DNA of 64,000 nt from a candidate division WOR-3 bacterium. Lineage in GTDB: Bacteria; Hydrothermota; 32-111. Where the stretch lies: the NCBI GenBank assembly GCA_037481815.1, contig JBBFKX010000002.1:169663-233662 (forward strand), written 5' to 3'. Under the pieces are notes generated by a model. It worked only from the letters and a program-made list of their open reading frames with translations, searched no databases and was not told the DNA's origin. The position numbers and the translations under genes are program-made. This document shows, in pieces, positions 52,828 to 60,949 of the stretch (its first letter is position 1; each line of letters opens with the position of its first letter).

Positions 52828-55182
52828 TCAAATCACAATCTTCTCATTTTTATTCAGTTTACCTGAGATTATTATTTCGGAAAGTTTATTTTCAACAAGA
52901 GTTTGGATAACCCTTTTAATAGGTCTTGCACCATATTCTATTGAATAACCCTCTTCAAGTATCTTATTTTTTGTTTTTTCACTTACTTCGAATTCGATTC
53001 CGAACTCCTTCGCTCTCTCTTTAACCTTTGCGAGTTGTATCTCTATTATCTTCTCAATCTCTTCTTTTGTGAGATTTTTGAAAACTATTATGTCGTCAAG
53101 TCGATTTACAAATTCAGGTTTGAAGTGATTTTTTATCTCATACATGATTCTTTCTTTGATCATGTCATAATCATCTGAAAAATTTATCCTGCCTGAACCT
53201 ATATTTGAGGTCATTATTATTATGGTGTTCCTGAAATCAACAAGATGCCCCTGTCCATCGGTCAACCTTCCATCATCAAGCACCTGAAGTAGAATGTTGT
53301 AAATATCGGGATGTGCTTTTTCGATCTCATCGAAAAGAATAACAGAAAAAGGCCTTTTTCTTATAACCTCTGTGAGTTGACCTCCCTCCTCGTAGCCAAC
53401 ATAACCGGGTGGTGCACCGATCAATCTACTGACAGAAAATTTTTCCATATATTCACTCATATCTATTCTGACGAGAGCATCCTCTGTATCAAATAAAAAC
53501 TCTGCTAAAGATTTAGCAACCTCAGTTTTTCCAACCCCAGTTGGACCAACGAAAAGAAATGAACCAATAGGCCTTTTTGGATCAGATAATCCTGCTCTTG
53601 ATCTTCTTATCGCATTTGAAATCTGTCTGATCGCTTCTTCCTGACCAACAACCCTTCTGTGTAATCTTTCTTCCATTTTTAAAAGTTTCTCTTTCTCACT
53701 TTCAACCATTCTCGAAACAGGTATTCCTGTCCATTTGGAAACTATCTGAGCCACCATATCTCCATCAACTTCAGTTTTCAATTTATTCTTTTTGATCCAT
53801 TCATCTTTTTTCTTTTTCAACTCTTCAGATATTTTATCACTCTCTTTTTTCAACTCTGCTGCTTTCTCATAATCTTTTCTGATGACAGCACTCTCACCAT
53901 CCTCCTGGATCTTCTTTAACCTGTTTTCAAGAACCTTAATCTCTTCTGGCATCGAGAAAATCTGAAGTTTTAATCTTGCGGATGCCTCATCTATCAGATC
54001 TATCGCTTTGTCAGGTAACCTTCTGTCAGTTATATACCTGTAGGATAGTTTGGCTGCCTGAACCAAAGCATCATCGGTGATCTTAACTTTGTGATGTTCC
54101 TCATATTTTTTTCTGAGACCTTTTAAGATTTCAATCGTCTGATCCACGGTTGGTTCTTTCACGAGTATCGGCTGGAATCTCCTTTCAAGTGCTCGATCCT
54201 TTTCTATATATTTTCTGTACTCATCGATAGTCGTTGCACCTATAACCTGCATCTCACCTCTTGCAAGTGCTGGCTTTAACATATTTGAAGCATCAAGCGA
54301 ACCTTCTGCTCTTCCAGCACCAACAAGATTATGCAATTCATCTATGAAAAGTATTATTTTACCATTCGATTTAACAATCTCATCAACAAGAAGTTTTAAT
54401 CTTTGCTCAAACTCGCCTCGAAACTGAGTTCCGGCAACAAGAGCACCCATATCGAGTCCCAGTATCTTTCTTGATTTTAAATTATCTGGAACATCACCTT
54501 CAACTATCTTTTGCGCGAGTCCCTCAACGATTGCGGTTTTCCCTACCCCCGCTTCTCCAATAAGAACAGGATTATTTTTTGTCCTTCTTGAAAGTATCTC
54601 TATAGCTCTTTCAACCTCTTCCTCTCTTCCTATAACTGGATCGAGTTTTTTCAACCTTGCAAGTTCAGTAAAATCTCTTGTGTATTTTTTCAACACATTA
54701 TAGTTTTTCTCAGCATTTTCACTTGTGATCCTCTGATTTCCCCTAAGATCCTGTAAAACATCATAAACTTTTTCCTTCGTGATATTGTATCTTGTGAAAA
54801 TATTGTTCACTGTTTTATTTGAAATGTCAAAAAGCCCAAGAAAGAGATGTTCTGAGCCAAGATATTCGTCCTTCATCCTTTCCCTTTCACGATCAGCATT
54901 ATCAAAGAGTTGTTCAGTATCATAAGTGATATAAACCTGATAACCACTACCATGTTCTATATAGGGAAGATTGTTTAACTCTTTATCAACATCATCGATT
55001 ATACTTCTTCTGTTTATTTTCAATTCCTCTATTATCGATGGAACAATCGATTCATCACTGGCAAGGAGACCTCTTAGAATATGGAGAGGGGTGAGTTCAG
55101 TATGTTTTTTTTGTCTTAAAATTTCCTGTGCAACACCTATCGCTGATCTTGCGCCTTCAGTTAATCTATCAAAATTGATCAT
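52828..55182 (-). CDS. Clp/Hsp100 class-I AAA+ ATPase (ClpC/ClpB family)
   Basis: The ORF track starts at 55227 (MTEPLPELYFWWRF..); a start at the second Met (MINFDRLTEGARSAIGVAQ.., a Clp_N repeat) is more likely. Two AAA+ modules (GEAGVGKTAIVEGLA; [15 protein letters not shown]), a short UVR-like middle domain, and the GIPVS motif. Confidence 0.85.
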   Translation of the reverse strand: MINFDRLTEGARSAIGVAQEILRQKKHTELTPLHILRGLLASDESIVPSIIEELKINRRSIIDDVDKELNNLPYIEHGSGYQVYITYDTEQLFDNADRERERMKDEYLGSEHLFLGLFDISNKTVNNIFTRYNITKEKVYDVLQDLRGNQRITSENAEKNYNVLKKYTRDFTELARLKKLDPVIGREEEVERAIEILSRRTKNNPVLIGEAGVGKTAIVEGLAQKIVEGDVPDNLKSRKILGLDMGALVAGTQFRGEFEQRLKLLVDEIVKSNGKIILFIDELHNLVGAGRAEGSLDASNMLKPALARGEMQVIGATTIDEYRKYIEKDRALERRFQPILVKEPTVDQTIEILKGLRKKYEEHHKVKITDDALVQAAKLSYRYITDRRLPDKAIDLIDEASARLKLQIFSMPEEIKVLENRLKKIQEDGESAVIRKDYEKAAELKKESDKISEELKKKKDEWIKKNKLKTEVDGDMVAQIVSKWTGIPVSRMVESEKEKLLKMEERLHRRVVGQEEAIRQISNAIRRSRAGLSDPKRPIGSFLFVGPTGVGKTEVAKSLAEFLFDTEDALVRIDMSEYMEKFSVSRLIGAPPGYVGYEEGGQLTEVIRKRPFSVILFDEIEKAHPDIYNILLQVLDDGRLTDGQGHLVDFRNTIIIMTSNIGSGRINFSDDYDMIKERIMYEIKNHFKPEFVNRLDDIIVFKNLTKEEIEKIIEIQLAKVKERAKEFGIEFEVSEKTKNKILEEGYSIEYGARPIKRVIQTLVENKLSEIIISGKLNKNEKIVI

Positions 55183-55231
55183 AATAAACCTCCACCAAAA
55201 ATATAATTCTGGCAGAGGTTCTGTCAAGATT

Positions 55232-56035
55232 TCATTCTACAATGTAAGGGAAAATTATTCCATAAGTTGAATATCCCACGGAATCATCTTCAAGAGTTTG
55301 TTTTGTGAAACCATCTATAAGCATTCTATATGTTTTTTTGATAAATGGAACCCTGAATGTTTGTGTATAAAGATTTTCTGAAGAGTAAACCATTTCTTTT
55401 CTTTTCAGATAAGAATGAACAAAAAACCTTGATGTTGTATCTGTTGAAAAAACTGATAACTGTATGAGTGTTCCAGATGGAAGAGAAATTATTTCGTTCT
55501 TTCCAAAATAGGATGTATCCATTTTTATCATCGTATCGATGATACCATCAGCGAAAATTTTTATTGAATCAATTTTAATATCTGAAGGATTTTTCGTATA
55601 AATATATGTATCGGTCATTTTAACAAGACGCCATCCGTTATGATAATCGAGGGTTGTATCTTTTTTGAAAAAACAATATTTTACGATTGTATCGATATAA
55701 GGTTTTGCGATGTGAACAGTGTCTGAATCTGAAATATACCAGAGGTTCATATCCCCTGGGAATATGATTTTAACAGTTGCATAAGCAGAATCACCGATAA
55801 CATCAATATCAATATCATAACTTATACTGTCATCTTCCGACTTTGTTCTATACCAGAGGAATGGTTCTATCTGTGTTTTTACTTCAGTCGTCTCCTCATC
55901 AGCATCGTAGGTTAAAAAAATTATATCCTGCAAGGAATATATCAGATCATCAATGGATGCCTCATCACTTTTTTTGTTGAGAGCACAGGAAAGAAAAAGC
56001 ATTATCATTAGAAGAAAAAGAAAAAATTTTTTCAT
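55232..56035 (-). CDS. Hypothetical lipoprotein
   Basis: 267 aa. Signal and lipobox MKKFFLFLLMIMLFLSCA. No recognisable domain. Confidence 0.4.
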   Translation of the reverse strand: MKKFFLFLLMIMLFLSCALNKKSDEASIDDLIYSLQDIIFLTYDADEETTEVKTQIEPFLWYRTKSEDDSISYDIDIDVIGDSAYATVKIIFPGDMNLWYISDSDTVHIAKPYIDTIVKYCFFKKDTTLDYHNGWRLVKMTDTYIYTKNPSDIKIDSIKIFADGIIDTMIKMDTSYFGKNEIISLPSGTLIQLSVFSTDTTSRFFVHSYLKRKEMVYSSENLYTQTFRVPFIKKTYRMLIDGFTKQTLEDDSVGYSTYGIIFPYIVE

Positions 56036-56550
56036 AACCTCTCCTTTTTTAAATTTTTTAAAAATATTCTTTCACCAATAAAGAACTCCTTTGCGATATC
56101 ACTTTTATAATCAGGATAAGTCCAGTCAAGATACTTTATTCCGTCTTTCGTGAAAATGAATGTAACCTCACAATAGATCCCTTCTCCAAGGTATATCCTG
56201 TGGGAATAATTTTTTGTCGTCAGAAGTTGAACATTGTTTAAAGTTATAACACCTGGATCTATATTTATCTTTCTTTTACCATCAATTCTGAATCTGTTTT
56301 CTATATCTATTGAAATCTTTTTCTTTTCAAAAAATGACTCAAGTCCTATAGGTTCATCAAAAGATATCCATTCACGGATAACATGTTCTCCTATCTCATC
56401 ATCATAATAATGGGAAAAATCTGAAAACTCCAGGGTTTTCGAAAAATTTTTTATTTCTCCAAAAGCATCCCTTATATCTGATAACGCTTTATACCTTATA
56501 CTCGTATCACTGTAAAGTAAACCACAGAAAAGAATATTGTTTTCCATCAA
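56032..56550 (-). CDS. DUF4416-family protein (hypothetical)
   Basis: 172 aa. The N-terminal ILFCGLLYSD..IRYKALSDIRDAFGEI pattern resembles DUF4416. Overlaps its neighbours by 4 nt on each side. Confidence 0.45.
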   Translation of the reverse strand: MMENNILFCGLLYSDTSIRYKALSDIRDAFGEIKNFSKTLEFSDFSHYYDDEIGEHVIREWISFDEPIGLESFFEKKKISIDIENRFRIDGKRKINIDPGVITLNNVQLLTTKNYSHRIYLGEGIYCEVTFIFTKDGIKYLDWTYPDYKSDIAKEFFIGERIFLKNLKKERL

Positions 56551-57329
56551 TACAACTTTTTTAAAATGTCAAAAAGAAAAAATACGATAAAGGAAGACAA
56601 TGAAAGAAAAGGAACAAACGGAATCTCTGGATCAGATCTTTTTCTATAATAAAAAAAGTAAGCAATAAGTCCTAAAACTCCCGCTATTATAAAAACATAA
56701 AAAATCAAAGGATAACCGATAAAAAGACCTATAAAAGATGAAACATAAATATCTCCTTCTCCCATCCCTTCCTTTTTCATGACTTTTGAAGCAAGAAATC
56801 TCACGACAAAAATAAATAAACCACCAACAAAACCTCCAATTATCGATTCTTTGAAATCGAGAAACGGCAGTTTGAAAACTTCACTCTCACCTGTAACACT
56901 CAAAAGAAAGATTGAAACATATAATAAATAGATTATCACAGGTATAACAAAAACAGGAACGAATACATTTTTTGTTTTTAGATCTATGAACGAACTTACA
57001 AGAAGTGTTGAAAAGAGCACGATGTAAACTATCGATAAAAGGTTGAATCCAACCTTTATGAAAATTAAAAGGAAGATCAGACCAGTAAGAAGTTCAACTA
57101 TTGGATAAATTATGCTTATCTTTGTCTTACAATGCCTGCATTTCCCTTTGAGTATTATATATGAAAAAAGCGGTATATTGTCGTACCATTTTATACTCGT
57201 TTTACAAACAGGACAAAATGATGACGGTAGCACTATAGATCTTTTTTCTGGAATTCTGTAGATCAGAACATTGAAAAAAGAACCAAAAACAAGACCGAAT
57301 ATGAAAACCATAATATAGTAAAATATCAT
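56547..57329 (-). CDS. pilD: Prepilin peptidase (type IV leader peptidase, A24 family)
   Basis: 260 aa. N-terminal TM followed by a CxxC...CxxC zinc-binding box (CPVCKTSIKWYDNIPLFSYIILKGKCRHCKT), then multiple TM helices. The catalytic Asp context is not checked. Confidence 0.85.
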   Translation of the reverse strand: MIFYYIMVFIFGLVFGSFFNVLIYRIPEKRSIVLPSSFCPVCKTSIKWYDNIPLFSYIILKGKCRHCKTKISIIYPIVELLTGLIFLLIFIKVGFNLLSIVYIVLFSTLLVSSFIDLKTKNVFVPVFVIPVIIYLLYVSIFLLSVTGESEVFKLPFLDFKESIIGGFVGGLFIFVVRFLASKVMKKEGMGEGDIYVSSFIGLFIGYPLIFYVFIIAGVLGLIAYFFYYRKRSDPEIPFVPFLSLSSFIVFFLFDILKKLY

Positions 57330-58108
57330 TCTTTCTCCCTTACTATGACTGTATCTTCAAAAATTTTCACTGCAATTCCAAAAGGTAAAAAATCAAGTTT
57401 TTTCATTTCACCTTTCAGGTAAACATAGATATTTTCCTTATTCTCTTTTAAAACTCTGTTGAAGTGTTCCATCAACAGTACTATTATATTATATTTTGCT
57501 CCATCTTTCTGATACCTGTTATCGGTGTTGTTGTAGATTTCACTCCATAATTTAACTGCTGTGATATAATCACCTTCCTTCTTTTTAGAAGCGGCTGCAA
57601 ATGTTTTACAAAAATATGGTGCATCCTTTTTAGTTGAACTGAAAAGAAACCATCTGTACGCTTTTTCATAATCTTTCAGATAGATGTAATACAAAAAACC
57701 TTTAACAAAAGGACTTTCCCATCTTTCAGGTAAATTTATCATCCCTTTATCAAGAAGTTTAAATCCAAGATCTGGTCTTTTCTGATCATAGGTTACAACG
57801 GTTCCACCAAAAGTATAACATTGTAAAAAATTCGAATCAAGATCTGTTATCACATCAAAAAGTTTATATAAAAATTGAAGATTTTTATCTGTCAACATAT
57901 GTTGACCATAATATTGAACCGTCTGAAACCACATCAGATTCGTGAAAGTTGTTTTATAATCAAGGGATATATCTTTTATAAATTTTCCCGAAGGGAAATA
58001 CAAAAGTTCATTTTCAAATTTTTTCTTATTTTCAGGTAAATTTTGAAGAATGTTTGCAAAAAATGTTATGAGCAAAAAGAGAAGAAAAATTTTAAAAAAT
58101 ACTCTCAT
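57326..58108 (-). CDS. Hypothetical secreted protein
   Basis: 260 aa with signal peptide MRVFFKIFLLFLLITFFANI. Translationally coupled to the ABC-2 permease upstream and the prepilin peptidase downstream. Confidence 0.35.
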   Translation of the reverse strand: MRVFFKIFLLFLLITFFANILQNLPENKKKFENELLYFPSGKFIKDISLDYKTTFTNLMWFQTVQYYGQHMLTDKNLQFLYKLFDVITDLDSNFLQCYTFGGTVVTYDQKRPDLGFKLLDKGMINLPERWESPFVKGFLYYIYLKDYEKAYRWFLFSSTKKDAPYFCKTFAAASKKKEGDYITAVKLWSEIYNNTDNRYQKDGAKYNIIVLLMEHFNRVLKENKENIYVYLKGEMKKLDFLPFGIAVKIFEDTVIVREKE

Positions 58109-58875
58109 AGAAATTCTTTTTTTCTAAAAATTAAAGTTGAAGCATATAAGAGTAAACATGTATAGATAAAAGTATAGGTGACTGAAAATATGATAAAATT
58201 CAACGATACAGGTATATTGTTAACTGCATAAACTTTGATATCAAGGTAGTAAAAGTTTGGAATAACAAGCATTATAAATTTGAGAAAAGTTTTTAGGATA
58301 AAAGTTGGCGCTTTCTGGATCAAATATGATAAGTTGTTTACAAAGAAACCAGCGATATAAGTAAAAAATGTGAATATAGAAGAAAGAACAGGTGTTGAGA
58401 ATGTTGAATAGAATATCGCAATCGCTGAAAGAAGAATCGATTGCAGGAATATGTTGATTATTGAATAAAGAAGAGTGATGTTAAAAGTGATCTTATTTAT
58501 CAAAAGAATAAATATAAAAAACACAGATGTGATAAAAGTGAAACAAAAAATTATCGAAAACAGTCCAAAGAATTTTCCTAAAACTATTTCATCCCGTGAA
58601 ACAGGTTTTGTTATAAGAATAAATATCGTTTTCTTTTCGATTTCCTGAAATATCAACCTTGTTCCAGAAAAAAAGATTATGAACAATGAAAAGAGAGAGA
58701 TCGTTGAAAGACCACTATCTTTAACAAGTCGATTCAATTCACCCAGCGCTAAAGGATTTAAGGTTAACGAAAGAATTATGACAAGGAAAGATAATGAAAG
58801 GGAAAAAATTATTATTCGATGTCTTACCGATTCTTTAAAAACTATCGTTGATATAGAAAATATGTTTTTCATCAT
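58105..58875 (-). CDS. ABC-2 family transporter permease
   Basis: 256 aa with about 6 predicted TM helices. Overlaps the ABC ATPase gene by 4 nt. Confidence 0.6.
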   Translation of the reverse strand: MMKNIFSISTIVFKESVRHRIIIFSLSLSFLVIILSLTLNPLALGELNRLVKDSGLSTISLFSLFIIFFSGTRLIFQEIEKKTIFILITKPVSRDEIVLGKFFGLFSIIFCFTFITSVFFIFILLINKITFNITLLYSIINIFLQSILLSAIAIFYSTFSTPVLSSIFTFFTYIAGFFVNNLSYLIQKAPTFILKTFLKFIMLVIPNFYYLDIKVYAVNNIPVSLNFIIFSVTYTFIYTCLLLYASTLIFRKKEFL

Positions 58876-59798
58876 CTCTCCATAAGTTTCATAAAATAAT
58901 CTTCAAGAGAAAACTCTCTTGGAATAAAGGAAACTATTTTACCACCATTTTCATTTACAATCTTCACAATTTCTGAAGCAACATCTTCTTTTTCAATTGT
59001 GATAAAAACTTTTTTTTCATGAATAGAGAAAAATTTAGAGATCTCTTTAAACTTTTTAATTTTTTCAAGAATTTTTTCGTTTGAAAATATTTCAATATCG
59101 ATCTCTTTGATTTCCCGCTTTATGATCTCATGAACATAACCTGTTCCAACTATCTCTCCTTTGTTGATCACACAAACTTTGTCGGCGATCATTTCAATAT
59201 CGGGGAGAATGTGCGTAGAAAATATGACTGTCTTGCCTCTTTTTTTCGCTGTCAGTATTATATCTTTAATATCTTTTCTTCCTATAGGATCAAGTCCTGA
59301 CATCGGTTCATCGAGTATCAGAAGTTGTGGATCGTTTATCAGAGCAACAGCAATTCCAAGACGCTGAACCATACCTTTTGAAAAAGTTCCAACTTTTGAA
59401 TTCATGCTATTTTCAAGTCCAACAAGTGAAATCAAAGTTTTAATCCTGTCAGATAAAATCTGTTTTTTAATGTTAAACAATGTACCAATATGTTCAAGTG
59501 TCTCATACGCAGTTAAAAAAGGATAGAATGATGGATTTTCAGGCAGAAATCCAATCTTTTCTCTGACACTTTTTTCAAAAATGTTTTTTCCAAATATTGA
59601 AACTGTTCCTTCTGTTGGTTTTAAAATTCCCATGATGATTTTTAAAGTTGTTGACTTCCCCGCACCGTTTGGACCAAGAAATCCAAAAATTTCATTATCA
59701 AGAACATCAAAACTGATACCTTTTAAAGCAAGAAAAGTTTTGAATGGGAACTGTGTTTTATAAATCTTTTTTACATTTGAAATTTCTAAAATTTTCAT
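58872..59798 (-). CDS. ABC transporter ATP-binding protein
   Basis: 308 aa. Walker A (GPNGAGKSTT), ABC signature (FSKGMVQRL), Walker B (LILDEP). Confidence 0.85.
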   Translation of the reverse strand: MKILEISNVKKIYKTQFPFKTFLALKGISFDVLDNEIFGFLGPNGAGKSTTLKIIMGILKPTEGTVSIFGKNIFEKSVREKIGFLPENPSFYPFLTAYETLEHIGTLFNIKKQILSDRIKTLISLVGLENSMNSKVGTFSKGMVQRLGIAVALINDPQLLILDEPMSGLDPIGRKDIKDIILTAKKRGKTVIFSTHILPDIEMIADKVCVINKGEIVGTGYVHEIIKREIKEIDIEIFSNEKILEKIKKFKEISKFFSIHEKKVFITIEKEDVASEIVKIVNENGGKIVSFIPREFSLEDYFMKLMER

Positions 59799-59811
59799 AT
59801 TTTTTATTATA

Positions 59812-59845
59812 GCAAAAAAAAGGGGCTTTGAAAAGCCCCTTTATA
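59812..59845 (-). terminator. Rho-independent terminator downstream of the first pilin gene
   Basis: Perfect hairpin AAAGGGGCUUUUCAAAGCCCCUUU on the minus strand, followed by U8. Located between the pilin stop (59866) and the ABC ATPase start (59798). Confidence 0.65.
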
Positions 59846-59865
59846 CAAAGTTAAAAAATTAATTT

Positions 59866-60288
59866 TTACTCTGTTGTTCCAGGTGTTAAAATAAGATCAA
59901 CCAAAGTATCTTTTCCAAAACCTGTTATCTTGTAATCCTGTCCTGCTGCTGCTCCACCATCAGGGTTTGGTGTTTCATAACCAACAATACCCTGTGCATT
60001 AGCTTCAGCTAACCAAACATATGCTCCCCCATCACCTACTGCCTGTGTATATGGATTTTTGAAGTTCTGTGGGAGGTAACTTGCTGTAACATCTGTCTGT
60101 GGATAAACACCACCTGAATCTACAGAAATTGTCTCAATTGCAACCTGGAAAGTGTGCATGTTTGCTTTGACTGAAGATATTTTTGCTTTGTCAATGATCT
60201 GAACAAAGTTTGGTATCGCTATTGCAGCAAGAATACCAATGATGACCACGACGATCATGAGTTCGATAAGTGTAAAACCTTTTTTCAT
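59866..60288 (-). CDS. Type IV pilin / pseudopilin (prepilin-type N-terminal cleavage/methylation domain)
   Basis: 140 aa. MKKGFTLIELMIVVVIIGILAAIAIPNF is the class-III signal peptide G|FTLIE motif. GGAGGA RBS. Confidence 0.85.
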   Translation of the reverse strand: MKKGFTLIELMIVVVIIGILAAIAIPNFVQIIDKAKISSVKANMHTFQVAIETISVDSGGVYPQTDVTASYLPQNFKNPYTQAVGDGGAYVWLAEANAQGIVGYETPNPDGGAAAGQDYKITGFGKDTLVDLILTPGTTE

Positions 60289-60319
60289 TTTTCCTCCTTG
60301 TTTTAGGTTTACTTATCTT

Positions 60320-60338
60320 GTAAACAAATTTTATACCA
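60320..60338 (-). promoter_or_regulatory. Weak sigma-54-like -24/-12 element upstream of the first pilin gene
   Basis: Minus strand reads TGGtataaaatTTGTt, i.e. TGG-N8-TTGT against the consensus TGGCAC-N5-TTGC. About 35 nt upstream of the ATG. Confidence 0.3.
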
Positions 60339-60388
60339 AATCTAACTTTCAATTTTTTATTGATTTATTAAAAACTCAAAGAACAAAA

Positions 60389-60407
60389 CTTTTGCATTTT
60401 GCAAAAA
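60389..60407 (-). promoter_or_regulatory. Palindromic upstream element, candidate enhancer-binding-protein site
   Basis: cTTTTGCAttTTGCAAAAa, an inverted repeat TTTTGCA/TGCAAAA, about 100 nt upstream of the pilin-1 start. An identical 17-mer recurs upstream of pilin-2 (60888..60909). Confidence 0.45.
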
Positions 60408-60809
60408 TCAAAAAAGATGTGTAGCTGGTGTCAATTCAAGTAAAGTTGAATCGGTATCTTTCCCATAACCAGTAATTCTATAAAAATCAAAAGAACCTTC
60501 ATATTCAACAACACCTTCAATATTAGTTTCCTCCGCATTCTGTATCGCAGGTGAAAGATTACTGTAAGGATTTTTGAAATTCTGTGGTAAAGCATCAACA
60601 AAACCTTCAATGTTTGGGAAATATTCAAGATATGTTTTTTCTGCTGCCTTTGTCTCAACTGTCATCTGAGTTGTATGCATATTTGATACTACACTTGCTG
60701 CCTTTGCCCTGTCAACTAGTTTATAAAAATTGGGGATTGCAATCGCTGTTAATATACCTATTATTACAACAACGATCATCAGTTCAATAAGCGTAAAACC
60801 TTTTTTCAT
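60408..60809 (-). CDS. Type IV pilin / pseudopilin, paralog of 59866..60288
   Basis: 133 aa. MKKGFTLIELMIVVVIIGILTAIAIPNF. The N-terminal 30 aa are nearly identical to the downstream paralog while codon usage differs, so this is an old duplication. Confidence 0.85.
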   Translation of the reverse strand: MKKGFTLIELMIVVVIIGILTAIAIPNFYKLVDRAKAASVVSNMHTTQMTVETKAAEKTYLEYFPNIEGFVDALPQNFKNPYSNLSPAIQNAEETNIEGVVEYEGSFDFYRITGYGKDTDSTLLELTPATHLF

Positions 60810-60821
60810 ACAAAAAATATA

Positions 60822-60837
60822 AGCAAAAAATATTCCA
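60822..60837 (-). promoter_or_regulatory. Sigma-54-type promoter (-24 TGG / -12 TTGC) upstream of the second pilin gene
   Basis: Minus strand reads TGGaatatttttTTGCt, with exact consensus spacing (TGG-N9-TTGC; GG-N10-GC). About 15 nt upstream of the ATG. Confidence 0.5.
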
Positions 60838-60887
60838 AAGATAAGTTATTATTTTTTAATATTTAAATAAAATTCGAAAAGATTTTC

Positions 60888-60909
60888 CTTTTGCATTTTG
60901 CAAAAAAGT
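60888..60909 (-). promoter_or_regulatory. Second copy of the TTTTGCATTTTGCAAAA palindrome (candidate UAS)
   Basis: Identical 17-mer about 80 nt upstream of the pilin-2 start and about 55 nt upstream of its sigma-54 element. Confidence 0.45.
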
Positions 60910-60949
60910 AAAAAATTTTTCTTTCTTTTTTTTCTTTTAATGTTATAAT

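Noticed and set aside
52828-55227. Whether the Clp ATPase is ClpB (disaggregase) rather than ClpC.
   Set aside because: Undecided. The middle domain is short (about 70 aa, UVR-like), which favours ClpC-type, but no clpP-adjacent context or IGL/VGF loop was verified. It is reported as ClpC/ClpB family.
60389-60407. Considered whether the TTTTGCATTTTGCAAAA palindrome is itself the sigma-54 -12 (TTGCA) element.
   Set aside because: It lacks a GG dinucleotide 10 nt upstream of the GC, and it lies about 80-100 nt from the start codons. That distance fits an enhancer-binding site rather than a core promoter. Better -24/-12 candidates lie closer to each ATG.
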